Shown: positions 48,824-62,460 of the stretch, piece after piece | Layout of the letters: every line of letters begins with the position of its first letter | Position numbering within the stretch: the stretch's first letter is position 1 | From: Squalus acanthias | Taxonomy: Eukaryota | Direction: 5' to 3' | DNA: 64,000 nt | NCBI GenBank assembly: GCA_030390025.1 | Contig: JASTWF010000332.1 | Location: 186,001 to 250,000, forward strand | The notes under the pieces: generated by a model | The model's input: only the letters and a program-made list of their open reading frames with translations | What the model was told of the DNA's origin: nothing | Databases searched by the model: none | Translations under genes and position numbers: made by a program

Positions 48824-49725
48824 ATGAAATTACGCTTGCCTCCTTTGCTGGGGGATTGAAGTCCAATGCCATGCTCATGTGGGCGATCCCACTCAGTTTA
48901 GCTGACAGGCGTTTGATCTCTGTGATCATAACCTGTGCAGTGCCCAGGGTTGTGTTGCAAGGACTTGGGGGTGGGCACTGTAGAAAGCTGGCACTGAAAG
49001 AAAATTGTTGGAGATATCTTCCACCTGACTGTCTGTTTCCCATCACAGGTCGCACTGTCCCACGGGACTGCGGCCTTGACTCAGATTCACTGTGCTGTCA
49101 GTGAGGAAGATAATTAACTAGCAGCATGGCAAAAAGAGTAACGCAACAATGACATCTCATCCAAACTGGGATTTCTCAGATGAGGAACAATTTGATTATT
49201 CTCGTCAAAAGAAAAAGGAAAAAAAAAATCTAGGTTAAGGAGCAATAAAACTGGGAATCGGACTACCACTGAAGTAGTGATTGAGATGCGAGATGGTACT
49301 GGCCCAGTCTGTGCAGTGGCAAGACAGAAAATTGTGGGCAATGCACCAGTGATTTCCCAGGGAGAGACTCCCCATTGCCAATGCAAACTGGGTCAATTAT
49401 TTACATCAAACAGAATCTCTGTTTAGTCAAAAAAAAAGCCAGTTTGCCCACATCCCAGTACTTGCATTTACACTTCGAGCCCAGTTTTCTTTTCCTATTT
49501 AAAAAAAAAATGTTTGGCAAACCTTTGGCACTATTCGAAGAGGAGCTGCGGAATTCTCATGGTGTCCTGGCCAATAGTTAGCCCTCAACCAATGTCATTA
49601 AAAACAAATGAAATTACGCTTGCCTCCTTTGCCAGGGGGATTGAAGTCCAATGCCATGCTTACATGGGCCATCCCTCACAATTTAGCAGATAGGCATTTG
49701 ATCTCTCTGATCATAACCTGTGCAG
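48824..49725. repeat. Local ~117-bp direct repeat (48824-48940 and 49608-49725)
   Basis: Both copies read atgaaattacgcttgcctcctttgc...gatcataacctgtgcag. Confidence 0.9.
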
Positions 49726-49903
49726 AAATAATAATTTCATCTATCTCATTTCGGTTTGTGGGAGCTTGCTGTGTGCAAATCGTCTGCTGCGTTTCCTACA
49801 TTACTACAGTGACTACAAGTCAAAAGTGCTCAAGAGGCTATAAAGTGCTTTGGGATGCCCAGAGGTTGTGAAAGGCGCTATAAAAATGCAAGTTCTTTCT
49901 TTC
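49520..49903 (+). mobile_element. Deu-like SINE fragment containing the second direct-repeat copy
   Basis: SINE body lies on both sides of 49608-49725. Confidence 0.8.
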
Positions 49904-50751
49904 TGATGCCTCCCTTAGCTGGCCGTTTCCTAATGAGAGTGTGTCCCATTTTCCTAGCTCTTTTAAAAACGAAAGACACTATTTTGGTGGTGAACCTTTG
50001 CATACAATGCCTAGGATGTCAGTGCGTACTACTTTGTGCATCCTGCATCAACGTCAAGCACTTCCATGTCAGATACAGCAGAGCAGGTGCAGAGTAGAAT
50101 TCTCTCTATTCTGCCTCAGAAAGTCCCTTAATGTCTTGGACCTCTGCCACACCAATTTATTTTTTACTTGTTTCTTGCTGGTGAATAGTTGCAGAGATAG
50201 AAACCAAATTTAATTATTCAAGTTAGTTAGTGAACCAGATGTTATTTTTTAAAATATGAAGATCCTGCTCCTTTTATGGTCATTTAATTTAAGATTCTAG
50301 CCCACAAATTAGCAGATTTATTGAATTCAATTTCACAACTAGCCATGGTGGGCTTTGAACTCATTTCTGAGCTCTACACTACCCACCCTGTTACTCAATT
50401 ATTTGTCTTTATTTTCCATGCAAAACCAGACTTATTTTATAATCAAATTCTTCAATGGTTAGAGTTAAGATAGTAATTATTCCTATCTTTTAAAACGGAT
50501 ATCAGATGGTCTATTTGCATTAGAACTAAGCTCTCAACATTCAGCCATTTGAAATAATGAATTTCATCTGTAAATTTGCAGCCTATGATATATACTGGGA
50601 ATTGAAAAGCATTCTTGTGTCTGAGATTAGTACATGTCATTGAGCGTCCGCCTCCAGACTGATTAACATATAAACCATTCTACCTGGGTTTTCAAGATAG
50701 CTCCTCTCTGAATGAATCAGGACAGTTGTGTGTATTGGCCATTCCTTAGAC

Positions 50752-52477
50752 CATTCCCGCTGAGGCACTAAAGCATGGCGGAGAAGCACAACTGGCGCGA
50801 ATTCATGAACTTATTTCTCTTATCTGGAAGGAGGGGAGCATGCCAGGGAATCTCAGAGACGCCTTAATTGTGACCATCTTCAAGAAAGGTGACAAGTCCG
50901 ATTGCGGTAATTACAGAGGAGTTTCCCTGCTGTCTGTCACAGGGAAAGTCATCGCAAGAATCCTCCTCAATCGCCTTCTCCCAGTGGCCGAAGAGCTCCT
51001 CCCAGAGTCGCAATGCAGATTCCGCCCACTAAGAGGCACAATGGACATGATCTTCACCGCACGTCAATTACAAGAGAAATGCAGGGAACAGCACCAACCG
51101 CTGTACATGGCCTTCTTTGATCTCACAAATGCCTTCAACACTGTCAACTGTGAGGGTTTATGGAGTGTCCTCCTCAAATTCGGCTGCCTTCAAAAGTTTG
51201 TCACCATCCTCCGCCTGCTTCACGACGACATGCAAGCCGTGATCCTGACCAACGGTTCCGCCACAGACCCAATTCAGGTACGAACCGGGGTCAAGCAAGG
51301 CTGTCATCGCACCAACGCTCTTCTCGATCTTCCTTGCTGCAATGCTCCATCTCACCCTCAGTAAGCTCCCCGCTGGAGTGGAGCTAATTTACAGAACAAA
51401 CGGGAAACTGTTCAACCTCCGTCGCCTCCAGTCCAGATCCAAGGTCGTCCCATCCTCTTGTCGTCGAATTACAGTATGCAGACGATGCTTGCGTCTGCAC
51501 TCACTCGGAGGTCGAACTCCAAACCATCGTCAACACCTTCACCGAAGCGTACGAGAGCATGGGCCTTACACTAAACATCTGTAAGACAAAGGTCCTCTAC
51601 CAACCTGCCCCCGCCACACCAGTACTGCCCCCCCGATTATCAAAATCCACGACAAGGCCTTGGACAACGTGGACCACTTTCCATACCTCGGAAGTCTACT
51701 GTCAACAAGGGCAGACGTCGACGACGAAGTCCAACACCGCCTTCAGTGTGCAGTGCAGCCTTCGGTCGCCTGAGGAAGAGAGTATTTGAAGACCAGGACC
51801 TCAAACCCGGCACGAAGTTCATGGTCTACAGAGCAGCAGTGATACCCACCCTGCTGCATGCCTCAGAGACATGGACCATGTACAGTACTGTAAGCACTGG
51901 AGAGGTACCACCAACGCTGCCTCCGCAAAATCCTGCAAATCCATTGGCAGGATAGGCGCAGCAACGTCAGTGTTCTTGCTCAGGCCAACATCCCCAGCAT
52001 CGAAGCTTTGACCACGCTCGATCAGCTCCGATGGACGGGTCACATAATCCGCATGCCCAATACGAGACTCCCAAAACAAGCGCTCTACTCGGAGCTCCGG
52101 CACGGCAAGAGAGCCCCAGGTGGGCAGAGGAAGCGCTTCAAGGACACCCTCAAAGCCTCTTTGAAAAAGTGTAACATCCCCACCAACACCTGGGAATCCC
52201 TGGCCCAAGACCGTACAAAGTGGAGGAGAAGCATCCGGGAAGGCGCAGAATACCTCGAGTCTCTTCGGCGGGAGCAAGCGGAAGCCAAGCGCAGGCAGCG
52301 CAATGAGCGCACATCAACCCAAGCATCCCACCCACCTGCCCCTTCAACCACCGTCTGCCCCACCTGTGACAGAGACTGTAGGTCCCGCATTGGACTCATC
52401 AGTCACCTGTGAAATCATTTTTAATGTGGAAGCAAGTCATCCTCGGTTCCGAGGGACTGCCAAAGAAGAGAAGAAGC
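50752..52477 (+). mobile_element. 5'-truncated RTE-clade LINE, RT pseudogene
   Basis: FKKGDKSDCGNYRGVSLL, LPESQC.FR, DMIFTARQLQEKCREQ, GVKQGC, QLRWTGHIIRM, C-terminal CPTC..C.SRIGLISH; (gaa)n-like tail. Confidence 0.92.
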
Positions 52478-53085
52478 AGCACTAAAACAGAAGAACTATT
52501 TTTAAAAAAAGTCAACTGTTAATTCACATTCACTCTGTATCCAAAGCCCCATTGAATAAAACAAGATTTCCCCTATTTGACACAGGATGAAAACTGTGCT
52601 TTTGTCACATATGATGCTTTCTAAAGTTCTTTATCTTCTAATATCTCCAATTTAATCTTTGCTAGTTTGTTCTTCATAGCATTGTTTTTTTGAATTGCAG
52701 TCATCAAATTCTATTGTTCTTGCCACTCACCATCAGTGTCAAACAGTTGCTGTTAAAATGTTCCTGTCTCAAAACGATGGTCTATTTTCAATTTGCCGCT
52801 GAATCAAACATCACATCTTCTCTGATGTCCAGATCCACATGATCTCCACCTTAGTAAATTCATTTATTACTAGATAATTAAAGTCACCCTGGATTACCGA
52901 TCCTTTTCTAGCTGCCTCCTTACTCACCATGTGACTACCTACAGCCTTATTAAAAGTGGTTGCAAAGAGTAAGATAGGATGTAGGCACACGTGTTACTCT
53001 TTAGTGGAATATTCAATTCACTTGCTTAGGGGGCTCGCTATTCCTGGTCGCCTTGTGCTTCTTTGTAATTCTCCAATCGTGATGT

Positions 53086-55712
53086 AGAACTGGAATCAGT
53101 TTGGGTGGAGCTAAGAAACAGCAAAGGGCAGAAAACATTGGTGGGAGTTGTGTATAACACAGTAGTAGGGCACAGTATCAATCAACAAATTAGAAGTGCA
53201 TGTAACAAGGGCAATACGGCAATCATGAGGGACTTTAATCTACATATTGACTGGGCAAATCAAATTACCACTAATGGTGTGGAGGACGAATTCTTGGAAT
53301 GCATGCGAGATGGTTTCCTGGATCAGTATGTGGAGGAACTAACCAGGGAACAGGCTATTCTGGATCTGGTACTGTGTAATGAGAAAGGGCTAATCAATAA
53401 TCTTGTGGTAAAGGGGCCATTAGGGACTAGTGACCATAATATGATTGAATTTTACATTAAGTTTGAGAGAGATGTAGTCCAATCTGAAACTAAGATCTTC
53501 AATCTAAACAGAGGAAACTACAAGGGTATGAGGGACAAGTTAGCCATGGTAGATTGGGAGGCTACACTAAAAAGGTATGAACGTGGACATACAATGGCTA
53601 ACATTCAAGGAAATAATGCATAATTTGCAACAAACATATATTCCTCTAGGGCATAAAAACCCAAAAGGAAAAGTGACCAACCATGGCTAATAAAAGAAAT
53701 TAAAGCTAGTATTAAGTCAAAGGAGGAAGCTTATAAAGTTGACAGAAAAAGCGGTCAGCCTGAGGATTGGGATCTTTTTAGAAATCAGCAAAGGGGGACC
53801 AAGAAATTGATAAAGAAAGGGAAAATGGAATATGAGCACAAACTAGCGAAAAATATAAAAACGGATTGTAAAAGCTTCTATAGGTAAGTGAAAAGGAGAA
53901 GACTGGTGAAGGTAAATGTAGGTCCTTTACAGTCAGAGACGGGAGAATTTATAATGGGGAATGAGGAAATGGCAAGAGAAATTAAATAAATACTTTGTTT
54001 CTGTCTTCACGGAGGAAGACACAAAAAACCTCCCAGAAATACAAGAAAACCAAGGGTGTGGCGAGAAAGAGGAACTTAAAGAAATTATTATTCGTAAAAA
54101 AAACAGTACTAGCAAAATTAATGGGGTTAAAAGTTGATAATTCTCAAGGATCGGATGACCAACATCCTAGGGTTATGAAAGGGGTGGCCATTGGGATAGC
54201 GGACGCATTGGTTGTCATCTTCCAAAATTCTATAGATTCTGGAATGGTTCCTGCAGATTGGAGGATAGCAAATGTAACCCCGCTATTTAAGAAAGGAGGG
54301 AGAGAGAAAACAGGGAACTACAGACCTGTTAGCCTCATATCAGTAGTTGGGAAAATGCTGGAATCTATTGTAAAACATGCAATAACTGGGCACTTAGAAA
54401 CTAATAATAAGATTGGGCAGAGTCAACATGGATTTATGAAAGGGAAGTCCTGTTTGACAAACCTATTGGAGTTCTTTGAGGATGTAACTAGTGGAGTAGA
54501 CAAAGGGGAACCGGTAGATGTGGTGTATTTGGATTTTCATAAGGCCTTCGATAAGGTCCCACACAAGAGGTTGGTGAACAAAATTAGGGCACATGGAATT
54601 GGGGGTAATATACTAGCATGGATTGAGAAATGGTTAACAGACAGAAAACAAAGAGTAGGGATAAACGGGTCTTTTTCAGGATGGCAGGCTGTGACTAGTG
54701 GGGTACCGCAAGGATTGGTGCTTGGGCCCCAGCTCTTCACAATCTATATCAATGATTTGGATGAGGGGACTAAATGTAACATTTCCAAATTTGCTGATGA
54801 TACAAAGCTAGGTGGCAGTGTCAGTTGCGAAGAGGCTTCAAGGGGCTCTAGACAGGCTCAGCGAGTGGGCGAGAACATGGCAGATGGATTATAATGTGGA
54901 TAATTGTGAAGTTATCCACTTTGGTAGAAAAAACAGAAAGGCAGAGTATTTCCTAAATGGTGAAAGATTGGGGAATGCAGCTGCTCAAAGGGACCTGGGT
55001 GTCCTTGTACATGAGTCACTGAAAGTGAATGTGCAGGTGCAGCAAGCCATTAGGAAGGCAAATGGTATGCTGGCCTTCATTACAAGAGGATTTGAGTACA
55101 GGAGTAAAGAAGTCTTACTCCAATTATATAGGGCCTTGGTGAGACCACACCTGGAGTACTGTGCACAATTTTGGTCTCCTTACCTAAGGATATACTTGCC
55201 ATAGAGGGAGTGCAACGAAGGTTCACGAGATTGATTCCTGGGATGGCGGGACTGTCGTATGAGAAGAGATTGAGTAAACTAGGCCTGTATTCTCTTGAAT
55301 TCAGAAGAATGAGAGGGGATCTCATGGAAGCATACAAAATTATTACAGGGCTTGAAAGGGTGGATATTGGGAGAATGTTTCCCTTGGCTGGGGAGTCTGG
55401 AACCAGGGGCCACAGCCTCAGGATAAAGGGTAGGACATTCAGGACTGAGATGAGAAGACATTTCTTCACAAAGGGTGGTGAATCTTTGGAATTCTCTACC
55501 CCAGAGGGCTGTGGCGGCTCAGTCATTGGGTATATTCAAAACAGAAGTCGATAGATTTCTGACTGGTAAGGGCATCAAGGGATATGGCGATAGGGCCGGT
55601 GAATGGAGTTGAGGCAGAAGATCAGCCATGATCTCATTGAATGGCGGAGCAGGCTCAAAGGGCCGAATGGCCTACTCCTGCTCCTATTTCTTATGTTCTT
55701 ATGTTCTTATGT
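53086..55712 (+). mobile_element. 5'-truncated CR1 LINE (family A), EN-RT pseudogene
   Basis: ORFs 53105-53623, 53995-54894, 54812-55204 and 55171-55554; (ttcttatg)n tail. Confidence 0.93.
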
Positions 55713-56029
55713 AATACATCACTGCATATTGAAGCAAAGTACTCCGATGTTTGCACTGGTGATGTCCTCTGCGTTGTGCAATAAAGATTCCGTCGGTGCG
55801 AAGAAGAAACAAAAGCGATGACCTCTTCAGAACTCATGCCTTTGTTAGGACAAGAAATCAATAGAGGGGATGACAACAATGTAAACCTTTTCTATCGGGC
55901 TCCATCATACAGTGGTATCCCTTCCATAGACGTAATCAGTTAGCCATCCAACCAGACAAAATGCACGACATGCAAATTTGGCAACACTGTCCTCTCTCGA
56001 AAGATCGAGATGCCTATTGTTGGGGGATC

Positions 56030-57490
56030 CATAGAATCATAGAATGGTTACAGCACGGAAAGTGGCCATTTGGCCCGTCGAGTCCGTGCCAGCTCTCTGC
56101 AAGAGCACTTCAGCTAGTCCCACTCCCCCGCCCTTTCCCCGTAGCCCTACATTTTTTTTTCCTTTGGGTATTTATCCAATTCCCTTTTGAAAGCCACGAT
56201 TGAATCTGCCTCCACCACCCTTTCAGGCAGTGCATTCCAGATCCTAACCACTCGCTGCGTAAAAAAGTTTTTCCTCATGTCGCCTTTGGTTCTTCTGCCA
56301 ATTGCCTTAAATCGGTGTCCTCTGGTTCTCGACCCTTCCACCAATGGGAACAGTTTCTCTCTATCTACTCTGTCTAGACCCCTCATGATTTTGAACACCT
56401 CTATCAAATCTCCTCCCAATCTTCCCTGCTCCAAGGAGAACAACCCCAACTTCTCCAGTCTATCCAAGTAACTGAAGTACCTCATCCCTGGAACCATTCT
56501 CGTAAATCTTTTCTGCACCCTCTCTAAGACCTTCACATCCTTCCTAAAGTGCGTTGCCCAGAATTGGACACAATGCTCCAGTTGAGGCTGAACCAGTGTT
56601 TTATAAAGGTTCATCATAACTTCTTGCTATTGTACTCTATGCCTCTATTTATGAAGCCCAGGATCCTGTATGCTTTTTTCACCTGCCCTGCCACCTTCAA
56701 CAATTTGTGCACATATTTGCTGGGTTTATCCTTACACCCTTTTTTGAACAAGGGTGTAACATTTGCAATTCTCCTGTCCTCTGGCGCCACCCCTGTATCT
56801 AAGGAGGATTGGAAGATTATGATCAGTACCTCCGCGATTTCCACTTTAACTTCCCTCAGCATCCTAGGATGCAGCCCATCCAGTCCTGATCAACATTAAG
56901 TACAGCCAGCCTTTCCAGTACCTCCTCTATCAATTTTTATCCCATCCAGTATCTCAACTACCTCCTCTTTCACTATGGCTTTGGCAGCATCTTCTTCCTT
57001 GGTAAAGACAGATGCAAAGTACTCATTTAGTATCTCAGCCATACCCTCTGCCTCCATGCATAGGTCTCCTTTTTGGTCCCTAATCGGCCCCACCCCTCCT
57101 CTTATTACCCGTTTACTGTTTATATACCTATAGAAGACTTTTGAATTCCCTTTTATGTTAGCTGCCAATCTATTCTCATACTCTCTTTGCCCCTCTTATT
57201 TTCTTTTTCACTTCCCCTCTGAACTCTATATTAAGCCTGGTTCTCACTTGTATTCACAACCGGACATCGGTCATGCGCGCTTTTTTCCTGCTTCATCTTA
57301 CTCTATCTCTTTTGTCATCCAGGGAGCTCTGGCTTTGGTTGCCCTAACTTTCCCGCTCGGGGGAATGTACCTCGACTGTACCCCAACCATCTCCTCTTTA
57401 AAGGCAGCCCATTGTTCAATTACAGTTTTGCCTGCCAATCTTTGATTCCAATTTACCCAGGCCAGATCCGTTCTCATCCCACTGAAATTG
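56030..57490 (-). mobile_element. CR1 LINE (family B), truncated, with a large internal RT deletion near 56715
   Basis: ORF 56614-56862 fuses ...LFKKGCKDKPS directly to ..VHKLLKVAGQ; (catagaat)n tail. Confidence 0.9.
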
Positions 57491-57848
57491 GCAAAGAAAC
57501 AAATGGAATTGTGTCCGATTTCCAATATTGTAATTTCTCACTAGGCTGGTGGAATTGTCAGGGCATCTTTATGGAAATAAATTCATTCTCAACAAAAAGT
57601 TACACAATCCCCTTTCCATGGTTTAGAAACACTAGACGTACACATTGAAAAATCAAACTACATTCAAAGAGCCCAAACACTAACAACTGCAGTAGATCCA
57701 GGGTTTCGATCCATTTCTGTAAGCAAAGTTACTACTGAATCCGCTTCCACCGCCCTTTCAGGCGGTGCATTCCAGATCAGAACTCGCTGCATAAAAAAAA
57801 AAATCTCCTCGGCTCAGCTCTGGTTCTTATGCACCAATTATCAATTAA

Positions 57849-58166
57849 CGGTGGCATAGTGGTTAGCACTGGTGCTTCACAGCGCCAGGGACCCGGGTTC
57901 GAATCTGACCTCGGGTGACTGTCTGTGTGGAGTTTGCACATTCTCCCCGTGTCTGCGTGGGTTTCCTCCGGGTGCTCCGGTTTCCTCCCACAGTCCAAAA
58001 ATGTGCGGGTTAGGTTGATTTGGCTATGATAAATTGACCCTTAGTGTTAGGGGGGATTAAATATGTGGGGTTATGGGGGTAGGATGGGATATGTTAGGGG
58101 GAATTAAATACGTGGGGTTACGGGGATAGGGTGGGATAGGTGCAGGCTCGATGTGGGGATTCTGTG
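57849..58166 (+). mobile_element. HE1-like V-SINE
   Basis: tRNA head (tggcatagtggttagcac...gggttcgaat) plus V-domain gtgtggagtttgcacattctccccgtgtctgcgtgggtttcctccggg. Confidence 0.85.
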
Positions 58167-58288
58167 TGAGAAAGCAGGGACAGGGTACTGGATTTGGATG
58201 ATCAGCCATGATCGTATTGAATGGTGGAGCAGGCTCGACGGGCCGAATGGCCTACTCCTGCTCCTAGTTTCTATGTTTCTATGTTTCT
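58167..58288 (+). mobile_element. CR1 3' UTR abutting the V-SINE
   Basis: Near-identical to 63356-63455; (tttctatg)n tail. Confidence 0.8.
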
Positions 58289-58819
58289 AAGATAACTGGC
58301 AAAAGTATATAGCACGACCCTGCACTGCAAGAACCAAGAAACGACCCATAAACCAACAAAACATCTGTACCAAGAAGAGTTGCGCAGTGCTTTAACAGCT
58401 GATCCATTCAGCAGCAGGAAGAATAATCAAAAATCATTGCTGGATATAACAGAGACAAGTCAGTCCATTATAAGCAGCTTGCACTGCGCTTCAAACCTCT
58501 CCTTCAGGTACAACAGTCCCTCCTTCTGCATCTGTGGTTTGATACTTTTTAACTTAGCCATTTAAAAGATGGGGCAAGATAGATAGAGGGGCTAGGAGAT
58601 TGAGATCTTAGTACGCACACCATTTTAAAACTAATTTCCAGGTGAGAGGCTTTAGTGGTTGGGGGGTGGGGAGGGAAATGGAAGGCGTTCTATTACATGT
58701 ACCCAGTGTCAGCACCAGGCATTCCAAGTCAGGTACAGCACATTTAGATGCGGCGTAACTATACTCTAACAGTGTGCCTCAGCACCAACTGTAAAACTCA
58801 CCTCTAATTGCATTAATCT

Positions 58820-59132
58820 GGCACCTGCACTATCGACAGGATACTCACCAAGGCTTCTTCGGCAGCACCTCCCAAACCCACGACCTCACCCACCTAGAAG
58901 GACAAGGGCAGCGGTTGCATGGGAACACCATCACCTGCAAGTTCCCCTCCAAGTCACAGAACAGCTTGACTTGGACACACATCACCATTGAGCCATCGTC
59001 ACTGGGCCAAAATCCTGGAACTCCCTACCTAACCGCATTGTGGGAGCACCTTCACCACGTGGACTGCAGCGGTTCAAAAAGGTGGCTCACCACCACCTTC
59101 TCAAGGGCAACTAGGGATGGGCACATCCAGAG
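58820..59132 (+). mobile_element. 3' fragment of the same LINE family as 17088-20069
   Basis: Collinear with ~19715-20050. Confidence 0.82.
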
Positions 59133-60282
59133 AATGTGCGTGTGTGCACGTGTAGTGAGGGAGGGAGAGTAACTAAGTTGAGCTATGTGCACTATTATGC
59201 AGTCACGGAAGTAACTTTTTGAAATGATACCTCTGGCAGTTGTGGAACTATATACACAAAAATGAAACCTCTTTTGTTTGTGAAAATGCCGATGTTGGTG
59301 AAATTAGCTCACATCGTTTCCGATATCCTGAAAATTGGATTCATTTACATTTTTCTTCTTATAGAAAGCACTGTAGAATCCAAAATAAAAATGATACTAC
59401 CTTAGACAATGAAAAATGAAATATGCCATCCCTCTAAAGAGATCACTGCAGACCAAAAACACAATCACCAATTCTTTCCTATACCTTTACAAAGACCAAC
59501 AACCGCATCGACCACACAAAGATGAGAAATTCCTTGTGTGTCATGTATAACAAAACAGTTTATAAACAAAAAACGGCTTTATAATTTCCTTACACTAAAG
59601 TAGAGGAAATTCCCCCTCCACCCACAAAGCATTTAAAAGAAATCAGATGGTAGCTAGAGGATATAAATAATGGCATCTTAAAATATAATAAATGTTTCAA
59701 GGAAACATTTTCTTTACAAAACTGGAAAATACAAAAAGCATTTTTTATTGTTCCTCACAGATTCCCAGGTTAATACAAGCAGCCTTGAAGCATCAACATA
59801 AAAAGAGGCATACCAGAGAGAGTTAAATTATAAAACAAAAGAAATCATTCTGTGTTGTACTTTCAAGAGATATATTAGAATACAAGGTCATTATTATTTG
59901 GTCGAACCCAGAAAAGCAAAGCCGCATGAATACATTACCTTCAGAACATTTAGTCTTCATTTTTCGCAGGAGACTTTTCAGTCTCAAATCTATGTTGACC
60001 ACGAATGTTGGGAAAATAAAGTGACCCTTTAACAAAATGGTCTAACTTCCATGCAGCAGTTTTGGCTTCTAAAGAATGATTGATGACTTCAAAGCTTTAA
60101 TGCTCTCATTCACATAGAAGTCAGATTAGACTCTTCCATGTGGTGGGATTCAGCATGGGAGGTATAAATGTGTGTAGACTGCCTGCTGAACCAATGGGGC
60201 TCTTGGTAACCTCTGACTGAGAGTCATACTGTTATTGTCACGCAGTTTACCAAAGGACTGCTCGCTCAGATCCACAGGCAAG

Positions 60283-60581
60283 CGATGTTAAACCGAGGCC
60301 CCGTCTGCTCTCTCGGGTGGATGTAAAAAGATCCCACGGCACTATTCAAAGAGGTGCAGGGGAGTTCTCCCCAATGTAATGGCCAATATTTATCCCTCAA
60401 TCATCATTACAAAATAGATTATCCGGTCACCATCACATTGCTGTTTGTGGGACCTTGCTGTCTGCAATTTGGCTGCCGTGTTCCCCTATTACAACAGTGA
60501 CTACACTTTAAAAAAAAAGTACTTCATTGGTTGTACAGTGCTTTGTGACGCCCATAGTTCGTGAAAGGCGCTATATAAATG
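60283..60581 (+). mobile_element. Deu-like SINE, 5'-truncated
   Basis: Matches the SINE body and tail. Confidence 0.85.
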
Positions 60582-61261
60582 TGTGCTTGATGAGGACCAC
60601 TTTTTAATTACAGTAGCTATCACCATCTGCGGCAGCTCCCATCATCCCTTTACCTTTAACAACACTTACTGTGTTTTGCTTCAGTCCACACAGACTCGCT
60701 GCAATCATCAATCTCTCAACCTGCAGCAGCATCATTCCTTTCCAGCTCTTTTTCCATGTTAAAAGCTCTGCCAGCATTAGTGGGTGTGGCAAGTGCCAAC
60801 AGGTGCATCACATGCCGCGGCAGGCGCGATACCTGTTGTGGCAAGTGTGGTACCTGCTGCAGCAGAAACCTTCTCCTACAGTTAAGCGGGGCACTGGCTG
60901 GTCCAAAAACTGAACCTGCCAGGAGACTCGCCAATGCGGTGATGCCTGCTCCCGGAGCATCATCCTTTTATATGGCTGCTTTTCTCTTGGTTCCTGTTAA
61001 TTCGGGTTTTCGTGTTGGCTATAATTGTACGTGCAACACTGGGGGGTAAAGTTGTAGCGCTACCAAAACAGCAATGTTACTAGTAGGCTGCAAATGAACA
61101 ACCAGTCTGTTTTTGGCAGTGTTGGTTGAGGGAGAAATGGAGGTCAGGACATTAGGAGAACTCCCTACACTTATTGAAATAGTCCCATGGGATATTTTAT
61201 GGAAAGAAAGAAAAAGAAAGGAACAAAAGGAGAGCGAGAGAGACAGAGTCAGAGACAGAGA

Positions 61262-61668
61262 CAGCCTTTCACGACTACCGGACGTCTCAAAGCGCTTTAC
61301 AGGCAATGAAGTACAGTCACTGTTGTAATGTGGGAAATGCGGCAGCCAATTTGCACACAGCAAGCTCCCACAAACAGCAACGTGATAATGACCAGATAAT
61401 CTGTTTTGTTATGTTGGTTGAGGGATAAATATTGGACAGGACAACGGAGATAACTCCCCTGCTCTTCTTCGAAATAGTGCCCTGGGATCTTTTACACCCA
61501 CCCGAGAGCGCAAACGGGGCCTCGGTTTAACATCTCATCCAAAAGACGGCACCTCCGACAGTGCAGCACTCCCTCAGCACTGCACGGGAGTGTCAACCTA
61601 GAGTGAGGCTTGAACCCAGAACCTTCTGATGCAGTGGGAAGAGTGACATCAACTTAGCCAAACTGACC
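61262..61668 (-). mobile_element. Deu-like SINE, near full length, with an adjacent degenerate fragment at ~61070-61200
   Basis: Reverse complement of 135-575. Confidence 0.85.
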
Positions 61669-62460
61669 CATTCTGTATATATATAGTAAATGTATGAAAC
61701 CTTCCTTTATGCTGTTGAGATGCCCAAGGAGGGTTTTTATACCAAATATCTACTGGCACCTGTAACAAGCTTCACCATTTAGATAACTTGGCAGATAGCG
61801 CATTGTGCAAACAGTAGTAAATGAAGGACCTTCTCCTCCGCCAAAGTAGCTCACTCCACAAGAGTCTCACTTTCATCCTGCCATCCAAGGGTTAGGTTCC
61901 CTTAAGCTTTTTATCCATTATATTGGACAGAAGAAAAAATATGACCATACCTTAAAAAAAAAAAATCAATAAATCCCAGGATATTTTTGTAACAATTTCA
62001 ACTAAGGCTTTGGTCATATTCTGCAGCAATGCACCTCCACAATTTGAAGATCAGCCTTTGAGTTAACAAAGTCAAACAGTTTGTTCATTAGGATAATCGG
62101 AGTAGTTTTGTTTCAACTTCAACGCTTCACTCAAGGTGTACTTCTCTTTTTATAAAAAAAAAGAACAGCTTGGCAATTGCTCCTTTAAATCACTTTCAAT
62201 ATTTCAACCTCTTCCATGCAAAGCAGAACCATCTGGATCCGACTGAAAGGTGTCCTTGTGTAGCTCATTGGCCACTGCACAGATCTGCTCAGTGGTGTAG
62301 CTGGGAATGGAAGTTTGGCCATGCTCCAACTTATGGACAGGCAAAGACCAAAGGTCTGACATCTCCCACAAATCATGCGTGTTATATTGTACAAATAATT
62401 CAAGTTGCTGCTGGGTTTTAAATGCTGCGGTCGCCCAATTAACCTAACAGACAGTGTTGA

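Noticed and set aside
60756..61049. Cys-rich ORF (CITCRGRRDTCCGKCGTCC) resembling a metallothionein or toxin
   Set aside because: Non-ATG start, no splice or promoter support, and it lies in GC-rich repeat-like sequence; likely chance.
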